A model generated the notes under the pieces. The model made no database searches, was not told the DNA's origin, and was given only the letters and a program-made list of their open reading frames with translations. Position numbers and translations under genes: made by a program. Of a stretch of DNA of 64,000 nt, positions 26,246-35,470 are shown piece after piece; position 1 is the first letter of the stretch, and every line of letters starts with the position of its first letter. The stretch is from an uncultured Clostridia bacterium (GTDB lineage: Bacteria; Bacillota; Clostridia; TANB77; CAG-465), in assembly GCA_947628005.1 (NCBI GenBank), contig CANQYI010000004.1, forward strand, positions 8,188 to 72,187, given 5' to 3'.

Positions 26246-27724
26246 ATGCTTTTACAATATTTATTAGAAGATTTAAAAGGTAGTTACACCGTATTAAAAG
26301 GTGATGACAAAGTTGATATAAATAAAATTGAATATGATTCTAAAAAAATTCAAAACTCAGATGTATTTGTGGCAATAAATGGATTTGTTGAGGATGGGAA
26401 TTCCTACATAGAAGAAGCAATAAAAAATGGTGCAAAGGCAATAGTTACTGAAGAAGAAATTGATACCTCAATAAATGATGATGTAACAATAATAAAAGTT
26501 GAAAGTGCAAGAAAAGCTTTAGCTTTAATGGCTCAAGTATATTATGATAGACCAGCTAGCAAATTAAAAATAATTGGTATAACTGGTACAAAAGGTAAAA
26601 CAACTACAGCATATATGATAAGAGATATTCTTAATGCAGCTGGTAAAAAGACAGGAATGATTGGAACAATTTATAATACATATGGAAATGTACAAATTGA
26701 AGCAAGTAGGACTTCACCAGAATCTTTAGACTTACAAAAACTTTTAAAAGATATGGTAGATAATGATATGAAGTATGTAGTTATGGAAGTAAGTTCCCAT
26801 GCTCTTGAATTAGATAGAGTATATGGAATGCATTTTATAATAGGAGTGTTCACAAATTTATCTGAAGAACATTTAGACTTCCATAAAAATATGGACAATT
26901 ATCTTGCAGCTAAGGCAAAACTTTTTACTATGTCAGATTTTGCACTAATCAATGGTGATGATATATATTCGCCAAAACTTTTAAAAATGATTAATGTTAA
27001 ATATGCTACTTTTGGACTTGATAATGAAGTTAATCTTACAACTTCAGATTTGAGAGTAAATGCATCATATATAGAATTTAAAATGTTTATAAATAAAATG
27101 TTAGAAACTATAAGAGTAAATATACCAGGAAGATTTACTGCATACAATGCACTTGCTGCTATTGGTGTAGCTAGTCTTTTAAATGTTCAAATGGATGCTA
27201 TATTATTAGCACTAGCAAATGTAAAAGTTCCTGGAAGAAGTGAAGTAATTGATATAGGTAAAACTTTTACAGTAATGGTAGATTATGCTCATAATCCATC
27301 TAGTTTAGAAGCTATATTATCTTCTATTAAAAAGCATGCAAAGGGAAGAATAATTTGTGTGTTTGGCTGTGGCGGAAATAGAGATACTTCAAAAAGACCA
27401 GTTATGGGAGAAATTTCTGGAAGATTAGCAGATTTTACTGTAATTACTACTGATAATCCAAGAGATGAATCTCCAAAGAAAATAATGGCAGAAATTGAAA
27501 GTGGTATAAAAAATTCAAGAGGATTGTATAAAGTAATAGAAAATAGAAAAGAAGCAATTAAATTTGCAATGCGTATAGCATGGAAAAATGATATAATTCT
27601 AATTGCTGGAAAAGGACATGAAACTTACCAAATATTGAAAAACAATAAAAAAATAAAATTTGATGAAAGAGAAATTGTAAGAGAAATTGCAAAAGGTATG
27701 CCTGACAAAAATTTAGAAATATAA
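26246..27724 (+). CDS. murE: UDP-N-acetylmuramoyl-L-alanyl-D-glutamate--2,6-diaminopimelate ligase
   Basis: GITGTKGKTTT P-loop and a DNPR motif (TTDNPRDE) typical of meso-DAP-adding MurE. Confidence 0.93.
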   Translation: MLLQYLLEDLKGSYTVLKGDDKVDINKIEYDSKKIQNSDVFVAINGFVEDGNSYIEEAIKNGAKAIVTEEEIDTSINDDVTIIKVESARKALALMAQVYYDRPASKLKIIGITGTKGKTTTAYMIRDILNAAGKKTGMIGTIYNTYGNVQIEASRTSPESLDLQKLLKDMVDNDMKYVVMEVSSHALELDRVYGMHFIIGVFTNLSEEHLDFHKNMDNYLAAKAKLFTMSDFALINGDDIYSPKLLKMINVKYATFGLDNEVNLTTSDLRVNASYIEFKMFINKMLETIRVNIPGRFTAYNALAAIGVASLLNVQMDAILLALANVKVPGRSEVIDIGKTFTVMVDYAHNPSSLEAILSSIKKHAKGRIICVFGCGGNRDTSKRPVMGEISGRLADFTVITTDNPRDESPKKIMAEIESGIKNSRGLYKVIENRKEAIKFAMRIAWKNDIILIAGKGHETYQILKNNKKIKFDEREIVREIAKGMPDKNLEI

Positions 27725-27736
27725 GGAGAAAAAATT

Positions 27737-28690
27737 ATGAATACACAGACGCTAAATTTAATTATTGCATTTGTTGCAACTGTGATTTTGGGAATATTTA
27801 TAGTCCCAAAATTAAGAAAATTAAAAATTGGTCAGATAGTTAGAGAAGAAGGACCAAAGTCACATTTAAAGAAAAATGGTACACCTATAATGGGTGGAAT
27901 AATAATGATAATTGTGCTAACGATTATACTTGCTATAAATGCTGTTAACTATAAAAATTTGATTTTGGCAATTGTAGCAATTTTGGGATGTGGCCTAATA
28001 GGATTTGTAGATGATTATAAAAAATTAATAAAGAAAAATACAGATGGGCTATCGCCTAAAAAGAAAATATTCGGACTTTTAATTGTTACAGCTATTTTCA
28101 TATTTTTGTATTTAAAGGTATTTGGTCTAGGCACAGATATAATTATTCCAATTTTTAATCAACCATTTACTCTATCAATGCCTGTATTTATAATATTTAC
28201 AGCATTTGTATTAATTGGAACAACTAATGCAGTTAATTTAACAGATGGACTTGATGGCTTAGCATCTGGAGTAGTTGCTATAGTAATGACATTCTTTACT
28301 ATAATGGCTATGAAAAATCAAGAAACAGATATGATTATTTTAGGCTCAGCTACAGTTGGTACTTGTTTAGGATTTTTAATATTTAATTTTCATCCTGCTA
28401 AAGTGTTCATGGGAGATACAGGGTCTTTTGCTTTAGGGGGTGCAGTTGCTGCAATAGCAATAATACTTAAGATGCCACTATATTTATTAATAGTTGCGTT
28501 TGTATGTGTATTTGATACAATTTCAGTTGCTCTACAAGTTATTTATTTCAAATTAACAAAGGGAAAAAGATTATTTAAAATGGCTCCTTTCCATCATCAT
28601 TTGGAACTATCAGGAATAAATGAAGTGAAAGTAGTATATATTTTTTGGGGTGTAACATTAATTTTGTGTGCACTTGCATATTTTATTTAG
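27737..28690 (+). CDS. mraY: Phospho-N-acetylmuramoyl-pentapeptide transferase
   Basis: Polytopic membrane protein with NAVNLTDGLDGLA, GDTGSFALGG and PFHHHLE motifs. Confidence 0.96.
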   Translation: MNTQTLNLIIAFVATVILGIFIVPKLRKLKIGQIVREEGPKSHLKKNGTPIMGGIIMIIVLTIILAINAVNYKNLILAIVAILGCGLIGFVDDYKKLIKKNTDGLSPKKKIFGLLIVTAIFIFLYLKVFGLGTDIIIPIFNQPFTLSMPVFIIFTAFVLIGTTNAVNLTDGLDGLASGVVAIVMTFFTIMAMKNQETDMIILGSATVGTCLGFLIFNFHPAKVFMGDTGSFALGGAVAAIAIILKMPLYLLIVAFVCVFDTISVALQVIYFKLTKGKRLFKMAPFHHHLELSGINEVKVVYIFWGVTLILCALAYFI

Positions 28691-28702
28691 TTTGGAGAAA
28701 AA

Positions 28703-29827
28703 ATGAAGAAGAAGATATTAGATAAAAGTGAAACAGTAGATAAGCAAATAGATTTTACAATGTTAATAACCATAATAATATTACTTTGCATAGGACTTGT
28801 AATGGTAGCGTCTGCAAGTTCGTACTATGCACTAAGTACATTTAAAGATAGTAATTACTTCTTAACAAGACAATTGTTATTAGGAATTGCCGGAGTAATT
28901 TCCATGATAATAATATCAAAGATTGATTATAGAGTCTATAAAAAATGGAGTTACTTATTCTTTGGAGTAGCACTTGCTCTTCTTATAGCAGTTTTGATAC
29001 CAGGTGTTGGTCAACAAAGAAATGGTGCAACTCGTTGGTTAGGTTTTGGAATGTTACAATTTCAACCTTCAGAGATAATGAAAATTGCGTTAGTTCTTGC
29101 AATATCTACATATATAGCAGTGAATTATAAAAAGATGAAGACTATAAAAGGCTATCTAGTGCCTGCTATAATGCTTGGCGCAGTTGTAGTTGTTATGTTT
29201 TTACAAAATCACATGAGTGGTACTTTAGTAATGATTGTTGCTACTGCTTCTATTATATTTGTAAGTGGTATAAAGATAAATTGGAAATTATTTATAGTTG
29301 GAGCTTTGCTTGCTATTATAGCAGTATCAGTTTTTATAATGGCAGAAGATTTTAGAAGAGACAGAATACTTGCTTTTCTGAATCCTGAAGAAGATATTAG
29401 AGGAGATAACTGGCAGGCAGCACAAAGTTTATATGCTATTGGCTCTGGAGGAATATTTGGAAGAGGTCTAGGACAGAGTAGACAAAAATATTTGTGGCTT
29501 CCAGAGGCACAAAATGATTTTATATTTTCTGTGCTAGGTGAAGAGCTAGGACTAGTAGGAACATCAATAGTTTTGGGACTATTTGGATTCTTTATATTTA
29601 GAGGCTATAAGATTGCCATGACTTGTAAAGATATGTATGGTTCCCTGATTGCTACAGGAATAACTAGTATATTTGCTCTGCAAATATTAGTCAATATCGC
29701 AGTTGTTACGTGCTCGATGCCTGTAACTGGTATGCCATTACCATTCTTTAGCTATGGTGGAACAGCTTTGTTTATTAATCTTTGTACAATGGGAATATTA
29801 TTAAATATTTCAAAAAATTGTAAATAA
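28703..29827 (+). CDS. ftsW: SEDS-family peptidoglycan polymerase FtsW/SpoVE
   Basis: 10-TM SEDS pattern: QPSEIMKIALVL, PEAQNDFIFSVLGEELG, PLPFFSYGGT. Confidence 0.9.
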   Translation: MKKKILDKSETVDKQIDFTMLITIIILLCIGLVMVASASSYYALSTFKDSNYFLTRQLLLGIAGVISMIIISKIDYRVYKKWSYLFFGVALALLIAVLIPGVGQQRNGATRWLGFGMLQFQPSEIMKIALVLAISTYIAVNYKKMKTIKGYLVPAIMLGAVVVVMFLQNHMSGTLVMIVATASIIFVSGIKINWKLFIVGALLAIIAVSVFIMAEDFRRDRILAFLNPEEDIRGDNWQAAQSLYAIGSGGIFGRGLGQSRQKYLWLPEAQNDFIFSVLGEELGLVGTSIVLGLFGFFIFRGYKIAMTCKDMYGSLIATGITSIFALQILVNIAVVTCSMPVTGMPLPFFSYGGTALFINLCTMGILLNISKNCK

Positions 29828-29836
29828 GGAGGGAAT

Positions 29837-30979
29837 ATGAAAGTACTTTTTGCTTGCGCTGGGACAGGTGGACATATAAATCCAGCCATTGCTATCGCAA
29901 ATATTATTTTAAAAAATAAGAAAGATACTAAAATCTTATTTGTTGGTACAAAAGATGGACTTGAAAATTCTTTAGTGAAAAATGCTGGATTTGATATTGT
30001 ACATATTAGGACTGGAAAGATACTAAGAAAGTTAACACTTAGTAACTTTAAAGCATTACATGAAGCGTACATGGGAATAAAAGATTCAAAGAAAATAATT
30101 AATGACTTTAAGCCAGACTTAGTTATTGGAACGGGAGGATATATTTGTGTTCCCGTAATGCTTGCAGCAAAAAAACTTAAAGTACCATATGTCTTGCATG
30201 AAAGTAATGCGTTCCCAGGAGTGTCAGTAAAGCTACTTGCTAAGAATGCAAAAAAAGTCTTAGTAGGATTTAATGATGCAAAAAAAAGATTAAAGAATAG
30301 AAAAAATGTAGTATATACTGGTACACCAGCAAAATTTACTGAACATGATATAGATATATTAGATAAAAATGAGGCAAAAGATAAATTAGGACTTGGAATA
30401 AAAGATATAGGACTCTTTAATGATGAAGAAAGAAAAATAATTTTTGTTACAGGTGGAAGTCAGGGTGCACGTAAATTTAATCAAGTTATATTAGACCTTG
30501 TTAAAGAAAAACAAGATAAAAAGATGTTTTTTATTTTGGTTACTGGAAATAAAAATTATGATTATACAATAGATGAATTAAGAAAAATAGAGGAGCAAAA
30601 TAATATTAAATTAAATGATTATATAAGAATAGAAAAATTTTTATATAATATGCAAGATATGTATAAATCTGCAGACATTTGCATAACAAGAGCAGGTGCT
30701 ATGACAATAACGGAACTTTCACTTGCAAAGAAAGCTTCTATTTTAGTACCTTACCCTTATGCTGCAGAAAATCATCAGTATTATAATGCAAAAGTACTAG
30801 AAGATTTAGGAGCTGGTAAAATAATAATTGAAGATGATTTAAACGAAGAAATATTATATGATACTTTAAATCAAATAATAGATAGTAATAAAATTGAAAT
30901 TATGGGAAATAATGCAAAAAAAGCACAAAAATTAGATGTAGAAAAAAATATATATTTAAATATATTAGATTCAATTTAA
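29837..30979 (+). CDS. murG: UDP-N-acetylglucosamine--N-acetylmuramyl-(pentapeptide) pyrophosphoryl-undecaprenol GlcNAc transferase
   Basis: GGTGGHINPA N-terminal motif, GGSQGA, RAGAMTITE. Confidence 0.93.
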   Translation: MKVLFACAGTGGHINPAIAIANIILKNKKDTKILFVGTKDGLENSLVKNAGFDIVHIRTGKILRKLTLSNFKALHEAYMGIKDSKKIINDFKPDLVIGTGGYICVPVMLAAKKLKVPYVLHESNAFPGVSVKLLAKNAKKVLVGFNDAKKRLKNRKNVVYTGTPAKFTEHDIDILDKNEAKDKLGLGIKDIGLFNDEERKIIFVTGGSQGARKFNQVILDLVKEKQDKKMFFILVTGNKNYDYTIDELRKIEEQNNIKLNDYIRIEKFLYNMQDMYKSADICITRAGAMTITELSLAKKASILVPYPYAAENHQYYNAKVLEDLGAGKIIIEDDLNEEILYDTLNQIIDSNKIEIMGNNAKKAQKLDVEKNIYLNILDSI

Positions 30980-30991
30980 GTGGGTGTACTT

Positions 30992-31846
30992 ATGAATAAT
31001 AGTGATAATATAAATAGTAGGACAAGTAGTTCAAAAAAAATGAGAGTGCCAAATTATGATGCAAATCAAACAAGAATAAAAATAAATAAAATAATAGAGG
31101 AAAAAAGTGCTCAAAAATTAAGAAGAAAGATTAAACTAGTATTTTCTTTTATTTTAATTGGTATAGTAGTATCAATTTTGTATGTTATACTAAAAATCCC
31201 TTATTTTGATATATCAAATATAGAGGTTGAGGGAAATGAGATATATACTAGTGAGCAAATAATTAGTCAAGCCTCATCTAATATTGGCAATAATATTTTT
31301 GTACAAAAACTCTTTGGAAAAATAAATCTTAATTTGCCTTATATAGAGAGTGTTAAAGTAAAAGTTAAACTCCCATCAACACTAAAACTTGTTGTAAAAG
31401 AGAGAGCTAGCGTTTATTTTGCATTTGATAAGGAAAATAATGTGTATTATAAATTAGATAAATCAGGCTATATTTTAGAGAGATGTGAAAATGTTGATTC
31501 AAAACAAGAAACTGAATATTTAGTGACAGGTATAGCTTTTAACAAAGATTTAGATTTAGCTACAAGTCCAAAAATAGATGATTCTTATTTATCTTATTTA
31601 AATTATTTTGAAACTATAAAGTCAAAATTTCAAACTGATATGAAAGACTATAAGATAACGAGTGTAAATTTTGGAAATTTCTTGACAACTATTACATTAG
31701 ATGATAAACTTAGTGTCAAGTTCTCTGAAAGTAATGATATTAATTACAGTATATCACTACTTAAAGTTATAATAGAAAAATTACCTGAGGGATCAGCAGG
31801 TGTTATAGATATGACAAAGACAGATCCAATATTTTCAAGTTATTAG
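30992..31846 (+). CDS. divIB: Cell division protein DivIB/FtsQ (POTRA)
   Basis: Position after murG. A single TM is followed by a POTRA-like FDISNIEVEGNEIYTSEQI. Start ATG 30992 or GTG 30980. Confidence 0.7.
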   Translation: MNNSDNINSRTSSSKKMRVPNYDANQTRIKINKIIEEKSAQKLRRKIKLVFSFILIGIVVSILYVILKIPYFDISNIEVEGNEIYTSEQIISQASSNIGNNIFVQKLFGKINLNLPYIESVKVKVKLPSTLKLVVKERASVYFAFDKENNVYYKLDKSGYILERCENVDSKQETEYLVTGIAFNKDLDLATSPKIDDSYLSYLNYFETIKSKFQTDMKDYKITSVNFGNFLTTITLDDKLSVKFSESNDINYSISLLKVIIEKLPEGSAGVIDMTKTDPIFSSY

Positions 31847-31848
31847 GA

Positions 31849-32643
31849 GTGGTGATTTACTTGGCAAAGTCAAAACTAAATAACAAAGATAAAAAAATAA
31901 ATAAGGAAGTTGTAATTAATTGGTTAAGAAAGTATTCTGTAGTACCATATACTATAATTGGAATAGCTCTATTTTTCTTAAGTATGTTGCTTGCTGCTCA
32001 AATGAAAACTATAAGTAATACAGAAGAAATTTTACAAGGAAAAAGGGAGACAGAACTTGCAGAAGATTTAGTATCTTTACAAAACAAGTACAACCAATTA
32101 AATGAAAAATATTTAGCTAGTCAAGAAATTGTTGAAGAATATAAAACTAGTTCAGGTGCAAATGATACTTTAATTTCATCAATGAAGCAGGAAATTGAAG
32201 AACTTAGCGCAATTTCTGGCACAAAAGATTTAGTTGGTGAAGGTGTAACAGTTACCTTAGACGACGGAATTTTAACAGATGGTTCACTAAGAACTGATGC
32301 CTTAGTGCATGATAGTGATGTGCTAACAGTTGTAAATGAACTTAAGGCTGCTGGTGCAGAAGCAATTAGCGTAAATGGACAAAGAATAATATCTACTTCA
32401 GCTATAAGGTGTGTAGGCCCAGTAATTCAGGTTAATTATCAAAAAGTTGCAGCACCTTTTGTAATTAAGGCAATTGGAAATGCACAATATTTAGAAAGTG
32501 CTATGAATATAAAAAATGGAGTAGCTGACACTTTAAAAGATTTAGGTGTTGTAGTTAATGTAACAAGAGAGAAAAGTTTGTTAATAGAAAAATATAGTGG
32601 CTCAATTTCTCTTAAAAATGCTGCAGTTGCAAATGAAAATTAG
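31849..32643 (+). CDS. DUF881 division-associated protein (YlxW/YlxX type)
   Basis: TM plus coiled coil, then GEGVTVTLDD...DSDVLTVVNELKAAGAEAISVNGQRI...APFVIKAIGN. The start codon is uncertain (GTG 31849 or TTG 31861). Confidence 0.75.
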   Translation: MVIYLAKSKLNNKDKKINKEVVINWLRKYSVVPYTIIGIALFFLSMLLAAQMKTISNTEEILQGKRETELAEDLVSLQNKYNQLNEKYLASQEIVEEYKTSSGANDTLISSMKQEIEELSAISGTKDLVGEGVTVTLDDGILTDGSLRTDALVHDSDVLTVVNELKAAGAEAISVNGQRIISTSAIRCVGPVIQVNYQKVAAPFVIKAIGNAQYLESAMNIKNGVADTLKDLGVVVNVTREKSLLIEKYSGSISLKNAAVANEN

Positions 32644-32662
32644 GGGAGTGTGAAAGTTAGTT

Positions 32663-33112
32663 ATGGCAGGAATATTGATATTAGTATTATTTATAATAGC
32701 GGGTATATTAACAGGACTTAATATAGAAATACCATATTCATACTCAAATTATATAGCAGTCGCTATATTGGCTTGCCTAGATTCAGTATTTGGTGGCTTT
32801 ACTGCAAATATAGAGAAAAAATTTGATATGAAATTATTTTTATCTGGATTCTTTGGAAATGCGATAATTTCTACTTTATTAGTATATATAGGTGAAAAAT
32901 TAAATGTAGATATATATCTTGCTGTAGTAATAGTATTTAGTGGAAGATTACTTAATAACTTTGCATCAATAAGAAGAAACTTTACAAATAAAATAGATGA
33001 AAAAGCTTCTAATAACAAGGCGAAAATAAAACAGAATAAATCCTTAAAAAAAGATAAAAAACTGAAAAATAAAGAAGATAGTAGTAATACTAATTTAGAA
33101 GAAGATATATAA
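32663..33112 (+). CDS. sbp: Small basic protein Sbp (DUF1290) with a Lys-rich tail
   Basis: YIAVAILACLDSVFGG and LNVDIYLAVVIVFSGRLLNNFASIRR are typical of Sbp following DUF881 genes. Confidence 0.75.
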   Translation: MAGILILVLFIIAGILTGLNIEIPYSYSNYIAVAILACLDSVFGGFTANIEKKFDMKLFLSGFFGNAIISTLLVYIGEKLNVDIYLAVVIVFSGRLLNNFASIRRNFTNKIDEKASNNKAKIKQNKSLKKDKKLKNKEDSSNTNLEEDI

Positions 33113-33138
33113 TTAAAAGGTATAAGTAGCAATACTTG
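33105..33138 (+). terminator. Rho-independent terminator
   Basis: aaaaggtataagta / tacttgtgcctttt stem (two G:U) plus T-run. Confidence 0.55.
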
Positions 33139-33169
33139 TGCCTTTTTTGTATAAAAATGTAAAAATATG

Positions 33170-33198
33170 TTTAAAAAAGATTTGAATTATGATATAAT
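33170..33198 (+). promoter_or_regulatory. Putative promoter with extended -10 (TGATATAAT)
   Basis: TGATATAAT at 33190-33198 and a weak -35 TTTAAA at 33170-33175. Confidence 0.4.
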
Positions 33199-33227
33199 AA
33201 CTTGTGCGAGTTTTGGAGGTAATTTTA

Positions 33228-33920
33228 ATGATGTATTCAAAAGAATTAGAAAAAATGTGCCCTGTGGCAAAAGGTGTAAATCATGGACCAGCACCTATTC
33301 CTGAAGAAGGAAGATGGGTTAAGGCAAAAGATGTAGCAGATATATCAGGCCTAACACATGGAATTGGTTGGTGTGCTCCACAACAAGGTGCTTGTAAGTT
33401 AACACTTAATGTAAAAAACGGTATAATTGAAGAGGCTCTAGTTGAAACGATTGGATGTTCAGGTATGACACACTCAGCAGCTATGGCAGGAGAAATATTA
33501 CCAGGTAAAACAATACTTGAAGCACTTAATACAGATTTAGTTTGTGATGCAATAAATACAGCGATGAGAGAATTGTTTTTACAAATTGTATATGGAAGAA
33601 CACAGACAGCATTCTCAGAAGGTGGCCTACCAATAGGAGCAGGTCTAGAGGATTTAGGAAAAGGACATACTTCTCAAGTTGGAACAATTTATTCAAGTTC
33701 TTTAAAAGGACCTAGATATTTAAATTTAGCAGAGGGTTATATTGTAGAACTTGGATTAGATAAAAATGATGAAATAATTGGTTACAAGTATGTTCATTTA
33801 GGAAAAATGATGGAAAATATCAAAAAGGGAATAGAACCAATGGAGGCAATAGAAAAAGCTTCTGGTAAATATGGTAGATTTGATGAGGCAGTAAAGAAAA
33901 TAGATCCAAGAGAAAAGTAG
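33228..33920 (+). CDS. NifU/IscU-like Fe-S scaffold-like protein (partner of the GGGtGRT protein)
   Basis: ATG at 33228 after GGAGG. Cys-containing segments GWCAPQQGACKL, TIGCSGMTHSAAMAGE and DLVCDAINTA resemble IscU-type cluster ligand spacing. The assignment is by pattern only. Confidence 0.55.
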   Translation: MMYSKELEKMCPVAKGVNHGPAPIPEEGRWVKAKDVADISGLTHGIGWCAPQQGACKLTLNVKNGIIEEALVETIGCSGMTHSAAMAGEILPGKTILEALNTDLVCDAINTAMRELFLQIVYGRTQTAFSEGGLPIGAGLEDLGKGHTSQVGTIYSSSLKGPRYLNLAEGYIVELGLDKNDEIIGYKYVHLGKMMENIKKGIEPMEAIEKASGKYGRFDEAVKKIDPREK

Positions 33921-33933
33921 AGAGGGTAGAATA

Positions 33934-34347
33934 ATGAAAATATATTTTTCAGGATCAATATATGGTGGAAGACAGAAAAAAGATACCTATAAACTACTAA
34001 TAAATGAATTAAAAAAATATGGAACTATTTTGAATGAACAAGTTGCAGATGATGATATATTTATATCAGAAGAAAAAAGTTTAGATACTGATATATTTAC
34101 TGATTTAGAAAATAAATTAAAAGAAGCAGATTTAATTTTTGCTGAGGTAACTGTGCCATCACTTGGCGTAGGGTATGAAATTGGATATGCTGATAGTTTA
34201 AATAAAAGAATTATATGTATATATGATCAAACTGTGACAGAAAAGATTACTACAATGTTAAGAGGAAATACTAGATTAAAAATTATACCATATATGAATA
34301 TAGAAGAAATTTTGTCTAATATAGAGAATATATTAAAGGAGGAATAA
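33934..34347 (+). CDS. DNPH1/Rcl-like 2'-deoxynucleoside 5'-phosphate N-hydrolase family protein
   Basis: KIYFSGSIYGGRQ...YGTILNEQVAD and ADLIFAEVTVPSLGVGYEIGYA align by eye with the rat Rcl segments YFCGSIRGGRED...YGKVLTEHVAD and ADVVVAEVTQPSLGVGYELGRA. Confidence 0.8.
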   Translation: MKIYFSGSIYGGRQKKDTYKLLINELKKYGTILNEQVADDDIFISEEKSLDTDIFTDLENKLKEADLIFAEVTVPSLGVGYEIGYADSLNKRIICIYDQTVTEKITTMLRGNTRLKIIPYMNIEEILSNIENILKEE

Positions 34348-34350
34348 AAT

Positions 34351-35352
34351 ATGGCAATTACATTTGAAAGTTATGAAAGAAGAATAGACCAAATTAAGCC
34401 TGTGATGAAAGAATATAATATTAAAGATTTTGAAGATGCTTTAGAAATATGTAAAAAGAAAGGTTTTAACCCTTATGATATAGTAAAAGGTGTACAACCA
34501 ATATGTTTTGAAAATGCGTGTTGGGCATATACTTTAGGTGCTGCAATAGCAATAAAACAAGGATGCAAGAAAGCATCTGATGCTGCAAAGGCAATAGGAA
34601 TTGGCCTACAAGCATTTTGTATTCCAGGTTCAGTAGCTGATGTAAGAAAAGTTGGACTTGGACATGGAAATTTAGGAGCAATGCTACTTTCAGAAGAGAC
34701 AAAATGTTTTGCATTTTTGGCTGGACATGAATCATTTGCAGCTGCTGAAGGTGCAATTGGTATAGCTAAATCTGCAAATAAAGTTAGAAAAGAACCATTA
34801 AGAGTAATATTAAATGGATTAGGAAAAGATGCAGCACAAATAATATCTAGAATAAATGGATTTACATACGTAAAAACAGATTTTGATTTCTTCAAAAATG
34901 AAGTAAAAGTTTTAGAAGAAATAAAATATTCAGATGGACCAAGATCTTTAGTTAGATGCTATGGAGCAAATGATGTTAGAGAAGGCGTTGCAATAATGCA
35001 CTTAGAAGGAGTAGATGTATCAATTACAGGTAACTCTACAAATCCAACTAGATTTCAACATCCAGTTGCAGGTACTTACAAGAAAGAATGTATAGAACAA
35101 GGTAAAAAATATTTTTCAGTGGCTTCTGGTGGTGGAACAGGTAGAACATTACATCCAGATAATATGGCTGCAGGACCAGCATCTTATGGTATGACAGATA
35201 CAATGGGAAGAATGCACTCAGATGCACAATTTGCAGGATCATCTTCAGTACCAGCTCATGTTGAAATGATGGGACTTATTGGTATGGGAAATAATCCAAT
35301 GGTTGGTGCAACTGTTGCGGTTGCTGTTGCAGTAGAAGAAGCTATGAAATAA
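34351..35352 (+). CDS. GGGtGRT protein (uncharacterised conserved family)
   Basis: The literal signature SGGGTGRTLHP is present, followed by GMTDTMGRMHSD. Confidence 0.85.
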   Translation: MAITFESYERRIDQIKPVMKEYNIKDFEDALEICKKKGFNPYDIVKGVQPICFENACWAYTLGAAIAIKQGCKKASDAAKAIGIGLQAFCIPGSVADVRKVGLGHGNLGAMLLSEETKCFAFLAGHESFAAAEGAIGIAKSANKVRKEPLRVILNGLGKDAAQIISRINGFTYVKTDFDFFKNEVKVLEEIKYSDGPRSLVRCYGANDVREGVAIMHLEGVDVSITGNSTNPTRFQHPVAGTYKKECIEQGKKYFSVASGGGTGRTLHPDNMAAGPASYGMTDTMGRMHSDAQFAGSSSVPAHVEMMGLIGMGNNPMVGATVAVAVAVEEAMK

Positions 35353-35388
35353 TTTATAATTAGTTCAATTTAACCTACAAAATACTTA

Positions 35389-35420
35389 AAAATATGAGGA
35401 ATTTTTTCCTCATATTTTTC
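35389..35420 (+). terminator. Rho-independent terminator
   Basis: aaaatatgaggaa / ttcctcatatttt perfect 13-bp stem, tttt loop, T-run. Confidence 0.7.
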
Positions 35421-35449
35421 TTTACTTTTGTTAGTCTAAATGATATAAT
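35421..35449 (+). promoter_or_regulatory. Putative era promoter with extended -10
   Basis: TTTACT at 35421-35426, 17-nt spacer, TGATATAAT at 35441-35449. Confidence 0.4.
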
Positions 35450-35470
35450 TTAAAAAAAGAAGGTGAGAGC

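Noticed and set aside
32749-33132. 127-aa minus-strand ORF
   Set aside because: It is antisense to sbp, with a low-complexity Leu/Ser/Phe translation.
34466-34895. 96-aa and 140-aa minus-strand ORFs
   Set aside because: They are antisense to the GGGtGRT gene, which has the diagnostic signature. They are shadow ORFs.
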